A stretch of 64,000 nt of DNA from Eledone cirrhosa (lineage: Eukaryota): the NCBI GenBank assembly GCA_964016885.1, contig OZ024741.1, forward strand, positions 189,968,001 through 190,032,000. Direction: 5' to 3'. How positions within the stretch are numbered: position 1 is the first letter of the stretch; every line of letters starts with the position of its first letter. The notes under the pieces were generated by a model. That model did not search any database and was not told the DNA's origin. It saw only the letters and a program-made list of their open reading frames with translations. The translations under genes were made by a program, and so were the position numbers. Positions 13,275-25,030 of the stretch are shown here, in pieces.

Positions 13275-13855
13275 TCATAATATAATAAAGGGAGGAGTGC
13301 GGGACTGCGTCCTGAATATATTTTTTTTTATCCCGTTAGTAAAATAAGTTAGATTACTTTGAATAAATAATGAATGAATATTACATAATTTATCTACTAA
13401 ATTTCGTAGCTGTTGATTAAACATAAATATTCTTATATATAATGATTGCTTATTTTAAGATTCACTTCTTTTAAAATTTTCAAATGTCTACACTTCCAGT
13501 TAGCGTCCATTATATCATAAAACTTATTACATTGCTTATGTAAACATCCGTATATTTGCATCTTTATATAAGGTTTATATTTCTGTCTCTAATTTTCTTC
13601 TTTTTCGTTTTCATAAAATTTTACTGTAATACAGTTTATATATAATATCATCTTTTTTTAAATGTATCATGGATTGCTTTACTGATTACAGAAGAGAGTG
13701 TAACACAGTCTCTCTTCTATTTCTGTGTATATTCTCAATTACGATTTCATTTGATGTATCATATTTACATGTATATATATATATTTGCATATAATATCAA
13801 TATGCACACTACACATGCTAGCAGAAGACCACCCAAAGTGTGGTTTTTCTGCTAG
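13275..13855 (+). mobile_element. Non-autonomous Helitron
   Basis: 5' A|TCataatataataaag, the same start as the 10326 element; 3' hairpin gcagaagaccac..gtggtttttctgc ending CTAG|T. Confidence 0.65.
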
Positions 13856-14269
13856 TTTTATTAATTATTATTACAGGCAGCAAATTTAACAAAATGTCTT
13901 GCAGTATTAGTTTTGATTTTCTGCACACTGAGTTCAAGTTGCATCAAGGTCAACTTTGACTTTCTGACTTTAAAAGTCAATAAAATATAGTGCCAGTCTT
14001 GTCTAGGGTAATGAATTGTTGGGACTTTTAGACTGTCAGATGGTATTTGTTCTGACTCTTTGCACTCTAAGTTCAAATCCCACTGTAACTTATTTGGAAA
14101 GTAAACTTAATCCATTGTTTAATTTAATATCACTACCTGACCCTTGGGAGCCTTTAGCAGTTCTAAGTATTCAAGCAAGATCTCTGGTTTCAGGCTACCT
14201 TCTCTTCCTTCTACCAAACTCAGACAACCTTGTAAAGGGTTATAAGCACAGTTCTTCCATCCCTGACTA

Positions 14270-14490
14270 CACAATGAAAAACAAAATTAATGAAATGAAG
14301 AAGTTCCAAGAGTTCCCAATGGAAGAAAGCTGCAGTAAAGGAAAACCAAGAAAGACCTGGGCAGAAGTGATAAAAGTGAATCTCAAAATGCTGGACATTT
14401 CAGATGAGATGACAAAGGAATACAGCAGATGGAGGAAACTGTCCAATTCATGCAAGTATGGAAAGGATGGTGATGGTGATGATGATATTG
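14270..14490 (+). mobile_element. RTE 3' end fragment
   Basis: GKPRKTWAEVIKVNLKML..EMTK followed by a (gat)n tail. Confidence 0.7.
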
Positions 14491-14795
14491 TCTTTTCTTT
14501 CTTCTCAGTTTAATTGATCAAATAATAGAGCAATACAGAAACTAATATAGAACAATAAATACAACAGAGTTTACACTCAATAAAATCAAACAAATCACTT
14601 ATAAAATCGCACTACATGAACTAAATGCCCTCTGAATACAGAATTGACAAACAAGTTATCAAAAACATTCATAAAACAGAATACAATATGTGTAACACAC
14701 AATAAAGTTTTCTAATTTAGACACAGAACCAGCAATTCAAGGGTAGGAGAAAGCCAATTAAATCAATCCAGTATTTGACTGGTACTTTATTTTAT

Positions 14796-15018
14796 CCCTT
14801 TAGCATTTATATAACTCTATATTTACTATTATATTTTCTCAGTAAAGGCTTTATTTCACATAATATCGAATGTATGAGATTTTGATATTATTTATTTTGA
14901 GAACATAAGCTTGACATAAGTTTGAGCAGCCTGTCAGATATAACTGGCTGTTCATACTTATGAACAGAAAGAGGTGAGAGAACTCTGGCTGAATATGGCT
15001 GATTTAAATGCTAAAGGG
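14796..15018. mobile_element. piggyBac-like MITE inserted into a minus-strand SINE
   Basis: ccctttagcattta ... taaatgctaaaggg|TTAA; SINE halves on both sides (about 14705-14795 and 15022-15130). Confidence 0.75.
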
Positions 15019-16410
15019 TTAATCAACCCCAGAAGGCGATGAAAGGTAAAGTTGACCTTGGCAGAATTTAAACTTAGAACATAAAAAGCTAGAATAAATA
15101 CTGCTAAGTATTTCTATGATGCTCTAAAGACTTATAACAAAGACTTATTACAAAACATGAAAATCTCCTTTCAAACACAAAACCATATCTAATTGCATCA
15201 AATCATAAGCTAACATCGTTATATTAAAAAAAATACACATTTGTATTTCCCATATGTTATCATCATCGTTTAATGTCTGTTTTGGCCATACTGGTATGGG
15301 TTGGATAGATTGTCACATATCAAGTCCATACTAAATTAGAATTACTGTCTTCTCATCAACAGGTTGGGGGCCCACATCTTCCTTACCTATTTTCCAGTTG
15401 TGACATAGTTTTTTATAGTTGGAGGCCCTTCAAATCACCAACTACTTTACATAATGTACTGGGTGCGTTTTATTAAGGTACCAGAACTGGATAGGTTGTC
15501 ATATCATTTGTACAGCTAAATATTCCCCTCAACCCTTTGTTTTTATGGTTGGATACCCTTACTAATACCAACCCCTTTACTGGGTGCATTATTTTGTTGG
15601 TTTTATTTTTGTTTTAAGGCTTAAACTGTTTATTTTTTACAAGAAATTTTAGAGACTTCATCAATAGGGTTTTCAAATTTGAATGTGGGTGAAATTTTGC
15701 CTGTGGGTGAGGGGTTCCATCAGTAAGATAGAGGCGCCTTCATTGCCTTGTACTGCCTGACAGTGACTTCTATTGATGTGTATAAATTTCAAGTCAGGTG
15801 TTGAAACCTCAACAGAAGAATTGAAGACGTAGCAATAAATGTGGTTCAAATATTCCAACTTACTTCTCAAACAAGTAACATACTGATGAGCTAATGAGTT
15901 ATCACTTTCAATTAATTAAGATGTCAAATCCACTATTTTTATAATTAGAAATTAGATCCAATTATAAATTTATAATGAGTTTGTTGTCTAAATGACATCC
16001 TTGGTTTTCCTGACAATACAGAAGCTTTCATTAACAGATCTCCATTTTAATTAATTTCCAAGATATTAATATAAATGATTTTATAAGATATAATAAGTAT
16101 CAATTTAAGATAAAAAACAGACCAGTGAGAAAATAGAACAGATTTTTATTAACTGGTGCCTGATGGCTGACTAAACAGTAGCAACAGCCTTGAACAAAGG
16201 TTAAGGCTTTGCTAAACTGAAAGACTCTAGACATCTTCATCATCATTCAATGTCTGTTTTCCCTGCTAGGAAGTCTTGAACAGTCATCACACACCACATC
16301 AGTACTCAAGTGGAGCTACTGACCTCTTAGATAGGCTTGCATCACCTTTACATACATTCCTACACTCTACTGAGAGTTCAGACAGGTTAGGAGCATACAT
16401 CTCACTTATA

Positions 16411-16713
16411 CAGGCTCCGAGTTAGACCTTGGGAAGCCCGGGGCACTTCAGGTTTTGTAAGGGGCCTCATCACATAAAGTTAGAATACACAGCAAACCCC
16501 CAATTTTACATATCAAAGTCAGCTTGGCTCAAGTAATTGGAATTGAAAAGTTATACATACAGATATTAAATTAAAAAATAATCTAACCCCCCTAAAACTA
16601 AAATGCCCAACAGAGGGCACGAATAAATTGCTACGACCACATTGCTGGTGGGATCCCCTACAGCAGGGGGCAGGGGGAATTGCCCCCTTTGCCCCCTATT
16701 AAATCCAGTCCTG
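16411..16713. mobile_element. hAT-type MITE
   Basis: Perfect 8-nt TSD cacttata (16403-16410 and 16714-16721); imperfect TIRs caggctccgagtta / taaatccagtcctg. Confidence 0.78.
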
Positions 16714-18653
16714 CACTTATATACATTCCCACACTCTACTAGAGCATTTTATCATGACACCAACACTAGAGAGGTTGTCATGTATGTGACATAACTGAAG
16801 AGTCCTCCTGGCTCTTTGGGTTTTTTTTTTGGGGGGGGGGGGCTAAAAATATGTAACTCTATGCTTTCAAATGAGTTTTATTAAAAACTAGAGCCATCAC
16901 ATGCAATCGATTCATTAATGGTTTTAAGTCCCCCTCCAGATGGAAGTAAACACACACACCCTGTTGACCCTCCTACTTTTTACCTACCCATTGGCTGGTT
17001 CTTTATTTATGACACCATTTTTTTTTTAATACTGTTTATTCACCAACTAAATGGCAGTGCCCATGACCTTTTTCAGAATCTCCAAGACTGGTGGAATGGA
17101 AGATAGTGTCCTTAGAAACCTAGCCTGAATTCTTGAAACAGAGTGGATTCCACAAAAGGTAATCAAGTGCTAGGTACCAGTATTAAACTGAGCAACTGGT
17201 GACATCTATCACACAAGTAGGCCACAGCAGGATTCTAAACACAGAAAAACCAAAACAAATACTGCAAAGCATCTTGTTCGATGCTGTAACAATTCCACTA
17301 ATTCCACCAGTCTAGAGTAATATTCAATTTTATTGACCCCAAAAGAATAAAAAGTAGAGTTGATATCAGCAGGATTTGAACTCAGGGAGCAGAGAAATCA
17401 GAACAAATATTGCAGCACATTCTATCTTATGCTCTACCAACTCTGCCAATTGACCATCTTTGCAGTTTTTGCCTTTCATCCTTACGGGGTCGATAAAATA
17501 AAGTACCAGTAATGCACTGGGTAATTGCTGGCCTTGTGCCTAAAGTAGAAACAATTATTATAGTATGTATGTATGGTCCCATAACTCCTGATAGAGTTGT
17601 AGGACCGTCATATTGACATACAGCGATTCTTGGGCATTTTAAGCCTGGCAGAATCCATCCTTCCCCAGGCAGATTTCTTCCAAAGAAAGTTTCAAAGTGA
17701 GAGAGAGGAAAGGAGAAAGAGATATAGAGGAAGAATTGACCCCAGTACTAGACTGGTACTTTTTTATCGACCTCAAAAGGATGAAAAGCAAAGTTGACCT
17801 CGGCTTGATGTGAACTCAGGAACCAGAGAGCCAGAACAAATACCATAAAGCATTCTATCTGACCTTCTAAAGTCTCTACCAATTCACTGCCCTATTATTA
17901 TAGTATAAAACGACAAAAATCCTCATCCATTCTGTCAGATAATACCATAAAACCTATGAATACAAAAAGCACAACTTGACATTGATTTTTATCATATTAA
18001 TATTTATTAATATTTATTTATCGTTGTTTCCACAACTTTTCATTTCTTGGTTATTTTCCAAATCATTTCCCCATCTCTTTTATACGATTAGCCAATATTT
18101 AAAAAAGATTTCCTTTCATTTCCATAGCCAATAATATTACGTTAAGGAAATGTAGTTGTATTTTAAAATAATTATTCATTGTTTCTGGTCCAGATTTTCT
18201 TGTTGATCTATTTTTGTTGAAATAGGTGTAGACATTGCTGTGTTGTTAAGCAGTTTGTTTCACAATTGTATGGTTTCAAGTTCAATCCCCACTGTGTAAC
18301 TTGAGAAAGGGTCAACTACAATAGCCTTGAACTAACCAGTGCCTTATGGGAGACAAAAACTGTGCCAAGGCCCATTGTACATTAATCTAACCAACAGAGA
18401 ACTAGAATAAAATGAAGTTGAAGGCTCAGAAATTAAATAATCAAATTAAAATGAAAAAAAATTTACATTAAATAATACAAAAAATTCCACCACCCTGGTA
18501 CATTATACATAAACACTGAATCAGAGAGAGCCAATGACAAAGGGGTAGATAGAGGGAATCTGTGCAGGAAAAGACTCATCCAACCTATGCAAGCATGGAA
18601 AAGCAGGTGTAAAAACATGATGATGACATATATATATATATATATATATATAG

Positions 18654-19017
18654 TGTAGGTGTCACGACAAAAAAACACACAGTCCACGCTGTAAATGTGG
18701 CCGTGTAGGCAACATGGTAAAAACCTCCCAGCCCCACACTGTAAATGTGGTTGGTGTTAGGAAGGGCATCCAGCTGTAGAAAACCCGCCAGACAGTCCAC
18801 GCTGTAATGTGGCCGTGTAGGCAACACGGTAAAAACCTCCCAGCCCCACACTGTAAATGTGGTTGGTGTTAGGAAGGGCATCCAACTGTAGAAAACCCGC
18901 CAGACAGTCCTATGCGAGCAAGACAACCACTCTTGCCTCAAGTGGGAAAACCCCCGTCCAAACCCATGCAAGCGTGGAACACGGACGCTAAACCTGATGA
19001 TGATGATGATGATGATG
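18654..19017 (+). mobile_element. RTE-tailed SINE-like element (family B) with internal ~120-nt duplication
   Basis: ggttggtgttaggaagggcatccagctgtagaaaaccc occurs twice; tail cccatgcaagcgtggaacacggacgctaaa..(tga)n. Confidence 0.8.
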
Positions 19018-19037
19018 ATATATATATATATGTATGA

Positions 19038-19286
19038 CATCATCATCATTGTTTAACGTCTATCTTCCACGCTAGCATGGGCTAGATGGAAGTTATCCCA
19101 CTTGAAGCAAGATTGGTCGGGTGACCGTGTCTCATTCGTATAGGACTGTATCTTGCAGGTTTTCTACAACTGGATGCCCTTCCTAACACCAACCACATTT
19201 ACAGTGTGAACTGGGAGCTTTTTACCGTGTTACCTACACGGCCACATTACAGCGTGGACTGTGTGTTTTTTGTCGTGACACCTACA
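19038..19286 (-). mobile_element. RTE-tailed SINE-like element (family B), inverted partner of the 18654 copy
   Basis: Reverse complement of the same body and (cat)n tail. Confidence 0.8.
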
Positions 19287-19509
19287 GTTTGGACTGGATG
19301 TTCTGTGGTACCAACATAACTTTATAGAGAAAGGGTAGGGTTGACGGGAGTGGGAGGATGGAGTAGGGGTGTATGTTTGGTTTGGAGGTGCCTACTGACT
19401 GTAGGTTAACTTTGCACGTAGGGGAGGCAGGTCTTCTGTAATACTGCGTGGTACCAAAGATCTCAATCCAGTAACATTGTCTTAGAGAGATGCAAGTGTG
19501 CAAGGTCGG

Positions 19510-20537
19510 AATTTATCATGTCGTCCCAGGTTTTTCTGGGTCTACCTACTCCGTAACTTCCATCAATTTTAATAGCATTTTTTTTATACAGCTGTCATCT
19601 TTCATGCGCATCACATGACCATACCAACATAATCTCTCAAGTAAACAGTATCTGATGCCTCTTATTCCTAATTTCTCACTTAGTTTTGCCATTCATGTAT
19701 ATTACTATTACACATCCAACGGAGCATGCATGCTTCGTTTCTTTCCAGTCTGTGCAGATCCTCTGCACACAATGCCCTTGTCTCACTGTCATGTAACATT
19801 GCTGTTCGTATACAAGCATCATACAATCTACCTTTCATTCTCAGAGAGAAACCTTTTGTGGCCAACAGCGGTATAAGCTCTCTGAACTTTTCCCATCCCG
19901 TTCTAACTCTGGCTACTGTACTTTCAGAGTACCCTCCACCACTGCTGATTTTGTCACCCAGGTAATGGAAAGTGTCCACTATTTCTATAGAACCATCTGG
20001 GCAGTAGAAGGAGCTAGTATCCTGTGGGCACTTGCTACTTATTGCCCCTGAGCATCGGCCACATATAAAATCTACATTCTTAGATAGCTTGCCTGTAATC
20101 CCACTACATCTTTTATGTACCCATAGTTTGCATTTGGGACATAGAATGGAATTTCTACCTACTCCTTTCCTACATACTGAGTATGGCCATTTCCCAGAGG
20201 GCACCTGTGCCCTATTTTCCTTTCTACATACTAGAACCTTAGTCTTAGACAAGTTAACTTTAAGGCCTTTTGATTCTAGGCCATGCTTCCATGTTTGGAA
20301 TTTCTTTTCTAGTTCAGCCATAGATTCAGCTATGAGAGTTAGATCATCTGCATATAGAAGTTCCCATGGGCAGCTGGTCTTAAATTCCTCTGTTATAGCC
20401 TGAAGGGCAATAATAAACAGGAGGGGGATGAGGACAGAGCCTTGATGAACACTGACTTTAACGCTAAATTCTTCACTATATTCATTGTTAATTCTAACCT
20501 TGCTGACTGTATCTTTATACATGGCTTGTATAGCTCT
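19510..20537 (-). mobile_element. RTE LINE RT fragment (longest ORF in the window, 280 aa)
   Basis: ORF 19680..20522 with VHQGSVL.PLLF, LYADDL, C/H finger, FHYLG, LYDACIRTAML. Confidence 0.93.
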
Positions 20538-20544
20538 CAGTTTG

Positions 20545-20900
20545 GTGGTTCAACACTGGATAGAACTGGTCATTCCGCATAGCTAACCTTGATGTAATAG
20601 TAGGAAAAGCACTCAACATTAAGCCACTCATCCATCTTTGATGTTGAATCTTGTTGGTGGTGTTTTCTCTCCTTATAGCCTCTTGGATTGTGTTTACCAT
20701 TATTCCTTTATTATATAACTATTATGCAATATACACCTGATGGTGTCACCAGGATCCTACATAATCTGGACACCGAAATGTACATAGTGTTTGCAGGAAT
20801 AAAACTTTAAAGAAATTTCACCAGTCCAGCCTCCTGTCATTTTACTCGTGTTAACCTAATATATTCCTTCCATATATTGTACTGATTGTGTTGTTATTTC
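20545..20900 (+). mobile_element. Penelope-like 3'/pLTR remnant with hammerhead motif (20726-20794)
   Basis: acac-CTGAT-ggtgtc..gacacc-GAAA-tgtac-ATA-gtgt followed by aataaa; upstream KALNIK.. resembles the GIY-YIG C-terminal motif. Confidence 0.55.
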
Positions 20901-20924
20901 TGTTTACCTTTTACATACATATAA

Positions 20925-21141
20925 GGCATGTGGCTGAGTGGTTAGAGAATTGGATTCCCAATCGTGAGGTTGTGAGTTCGATTCCTGGACCTGGTGATGT
21001 GTAATGTCCTTGAGCAAGACATTTTATTTCACATTGCTCCTTCTACCTGGAGTTGCGACCGATAGATAGTATTAACAATTGGAAAGACCAATGGAAATAT
21101 TGTTTCCTCGGTCCGATTTGCCAAAAGTCAATCGACAGTCG
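20925..21141 (+). mobile_element. tRNA-derived CORE-type SINE (family C)
   Basis: A box tggctgagtgg, B box gagttcgattcc, CORE-like gtccttgagcaagacattttatttcac; homologues at about 41380-41527(-) and 63050-63225(-). Confidence 0.8.
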
Positions 21142-21194
<53 letters not shown>

Positions 21195-21453
21195 GTAAAG
21201 GGAAGTTTTATGTTTAACTTGGGTCGATGCATGTCTTATGAATAAAATTGAATAGATGGAAACTGTATAGAAGCTTGTCAGATGGTTGGAACACGGCTGA
21301 TGTCTTCCAAAAAGAGAGAGAGGAAGAATCAACTTCAGTATTTGACTAATACTTTATTTATTGGCCTGAAAAAGGTGAAAAGCAAAGTTAACCTCAACAA
21401 GATTTGAACTCAGAGTGCAGTGAGCCAGAACAATTACTGAACGCATTTTAATC

Positions 21454-21725
21454 CACCCCAACACCCACACCCCACACCCACCCCAACACCCAGCCCCACA
21501 CCCACAACATCCACCACAACACCCAGCCCCACACCCACAACACCCACCACAACACCCAGCCACACCCCACACCCACACCCACACCCACCCACACTCACCA
21601 CAATACTCACAACACCCCACACCACCCCAATACTCACAACACCCACCACAACACCCACCCACACCCCCACACTCACCCCACACCCACCCCACACTCACCA
21701 CAATACTCACAACACCCACCACAAC
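21454..21725. repeat. C/A-rich low-complexity tract (cacccaca..)
   Basis: Degenerate caccca/acaaca units; G-run rich on the minus strand. Confidence 0.9.
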
Positions 21726-21976
21726 AGCTACTATCCTATGTTGTTTCTGCTTCCGATTTTTCTGACTGATCAATTTTTGTTGAAAGAGTTGAATTAATTG
21801 TTCAAATAATTACTGAACAAACTCTAATACAGACAGTGTGACAACAGTGTGACAACAGTAAAGTATTAGAACCATAAATAATGCCTTTGGTTTATTGGAA
21901 CCCCTTTTTCAAAGTACCAACTGCAGTTTCAATGGATACAGTTACACATATGATATCATTATCATTGGCAGCAGTG

Positions 21977-22016
21977 TCATCATCATCACCACTACCACCA
22001 CCACTATCACCACCAC

Positions 22017-22054
<38 letters not shown>

Positions 22055-22086
22055 CCACCACCATCACCACCACCACCACCACCATT

Positions 22087-22141
<55 letters not shown>

Positions 22142-22166
22142 ACAACAACAACACCATAATCATCAT
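21977..22166. repeat. (CAT)n/(CAC)n trinucleotide microsatellite
   Basis: Direct inspection. Confidence 0.95.
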
Positions 22167-22599
22167 TGTTTTTGCCACTCTATATTTTTCCATGCTGGCA
22201 TGAATTGAACAATAGTTCGGGGGGTAGTATTCTATGGTTGAATGCTCTTCTTGATGCAACCCTTACTTTAAAAAAACAAGGTACTGATTCTGGTGTGACT
22301 GTGGAACGTCACTCCTGTGTCTTTACAGATTCAGGTTTGGTTTTTGCACTTTGCTACACACTGGGATATTTTACATGTGGGTTTCTGTGAGTATGTGTTT
22401 GACTTCATGTGATTTAGATAGTTTGCTTTTAAAAGAAGAACATAACCACAGGCAGGTTTGGAGAAGAGTCTTTAAGTAAAGCATGTTTCACCTCAACATA
22501 TTCAGTCTGCTTTTTCTCAAAAATGTGGCATCTTTTTACAACAGAATGTCTACAATAATTCTTATGTACTTCCAGCTCTTTTCAATCACACACATTTAT

Positions 22600-24300
22600 C
22601 CCTAGCTTTTTTAGTTTGAATTTAATTTTGTCTTTGGATCTTTTCTTCAACCTTCTTTGCAGATGCTTTCCAATTTCCAGTATAGAAAATTTGTTTTGGG
22701 AGTCACTTTTGGGGGCAGCATTCTATGGTTGAATGCCCTTCCTGAATGCCCTTCAAGGTACTGATTCGGCCCTTCCTGAATGCCCTTCAAGGTACTGATT
22801 CTGATGCATCTGTGGAACATCACTGCTGTTCATATGCTTATGTCCTACCCAGCACATTTGCCTGATAATGATCAGTGATTTAATAGTGAAACAATAAGCT
22901 CTTTGGAGTTCTTCAATGACATTGAGAATGCATCTGCGATATTTTTAATGAAATCTCTCAAACAATTTGAAGCAACATTTGTTCATTGTCCATGTCTCAG
23001 ATGAATACAGAATAATCAGCAGGACACATAGCTTATACACATTGACCTTCGTTCGAATCTGATGCCTCTCATGAAGATGTTTGGTTCAATGTAGGGTTTA
23101 CTTATTGCCAGGGGCAACATTATTTTTGTTTTCTCCAGACAGATAGTGAGACTGTACTCAACACATGCTACTGAGAATCATTTCATTATAAGTTGAGTTG
23201 CAAGTCACACTCCATATGAACAACAAAATGAACATCATATACATAAAGCATTCTCAAATCAATGTTTTGAATGTCTTAGACCTACAGATTATTCTCTTTG
23301 GTTCAAATACCTTTTCTGTTGTTCTAAGCCTCAAGTGGATGCCAAAAATCACATTCATGAAAGGCGTACGCAAGAGGTGTAGTTAGTATATTGAATATAG
23401 TGTAAGAGCTAGGATACTGTCCTATTTGACTCCATTGTCTATGGCAATTTTGTCAGAGATTTGCTCATTGAATGTGACTTGGGCCTTCATGTTACATTGT
23501 AGACCTTTAAATACATTCCCAAATTTGGGTGAACAGCCTAACTTCCCAAGAATTTTCCACAATACCTCTCTATTAATGGTGTTAAAAGCCTTGGTTATAT
23601 CAATCAAATCCTGATATAGAGGCATCTGCTGCTTAATACATTTTTCTTGAAGTTTTCTCACAAAGATCATATCCATAGTATTCTTTCCTGATGTCAAACC
23701 AATTCACCATCAGTCAAGTTAAAACCTTACCAATGGATTCTTAGAGAGTGATACTGTGAGAAGTATCACATATGGATTTATATCCTTTGCCTATATGTAT
23801 TGTGACAAGAATTCCATAAATCCAGTCATGTGATATAGAAGTTCCTTCACTGCTGTTTGTTATCAGATCAAGTATGTCAGATGAAACTGTTTTGCCCTCT
23901 TTTTGCAGCAGTTCTACTGGGATACCATTTAATCCTGGCACCTTGCCAGTATTGATCAGGTTAATTACCAGAACTACAATATTATTTGTAGGCTTAAAAT
24001 CCATTTGATGAAGTACATCTTGTTGCAGTAGGCCATCAACCTTGGCTTCATCTGCTACTGAGGGGTTGAAAAAGAGGCCAGAAAAATGTTCTTTCCAGTG
24101 CTACATGATATTTTGGGGTCGTTAACGAGTGCCACGTCATCTCTGGATTTAAGAAGTAACACAGATAAAGATTGTGAACTAAAGACCTGGTAAAGAAGGT
24201 CATATAAGGTTTTAGATACTTTTCTATTAAAAGTACCTTAAACTTCTGCTAAGATGCTAAGATGCTTCACTACCACTTGGTTTTAATCTTCCTTGGCTCT
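22600..24300 (-). mobile_element. RTE-BovB-like LINE, highly decayed
   Basis: GKVPGLNGIPVELL, DMIFVRKLQEKC..QQMPLY..IDITKAFNTINREVLWKILGKLGC, NGVK. Confidence 0.82.
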
Positions 24301-25030
24301 CATCACAGTTGTATTATGCATTTTAACCCTTTCATTACCATATTTCTAATGTAAAATACTGCCTATGGTTTTCAAACAACTTTGAAAATAATTAAGAATT
24401 TGGAGGAAATTAAGAATATAACTAACTTTCTCATTATTAATTTGGTGTTTAGAACATAGCTTAACAAATGTTCTTACATAAACTTATAATGGAAGGTTTT
24501 TAGTTAACCTCACCCAGTACATGCTGTAAAATAGTTGATGATAGAAAGGGCATCCAGCTGTAGAAAGCTTACCAACAAAGGGTCGGGAAAATCCTTTAGT
24601 TGTGTCAAAGACATAACAGCATCCCTAGTGCTCATGATCTACACAATAAAAACACCCAGTACATGCTGTAAAGTGGTTAGTGTTAAGAAGGGCATCCAGC
24701 CATAGAAAGCTTGCTAAACAAGGGATCAGGAGGACCCTTCAGTTTGTGTCAAAAGACATTATAACTTCTCTTCTGCACTTGATATGACTGTACATAAGGG
24801 AGATACAGACCCTTCAGCCTGTCTGGGAAGTCTGTAGCACCGCTTCAGTACTGACTAGGTCTATGTAAACCTTGCTGACAGGGAATACATTAGGTGATAA
24901 TGATGAAAAACACTTTAAAATAAATAACCAGGTTCTGTAAAAGCTAAGCTGAGCAAATTTATGACACAAATTTTGAATATTTTATTGTGGCAATTTAGTT
25001 AGGAGTAAATTGAAGGACCATAAGAGTATA

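Noticed and set aside
17898-17953. Minus-strand terminal exon GFMVLSDRMDEDFCRFIL*
   Set aside because: Short, abuts a SINE head directly, and has no linked upstream exon; compatible with chance
20925-21000. tRNA gene
   Set aside because: A and B boxes are present but there is no acceptor stem, and the sequence continues into a SINE body
21354-22259. Gly/Cys-rich and poly-Ser/Pro ORFs
   Set aside because: Low-complexity and trinucleotide tracts with no splice or codon support
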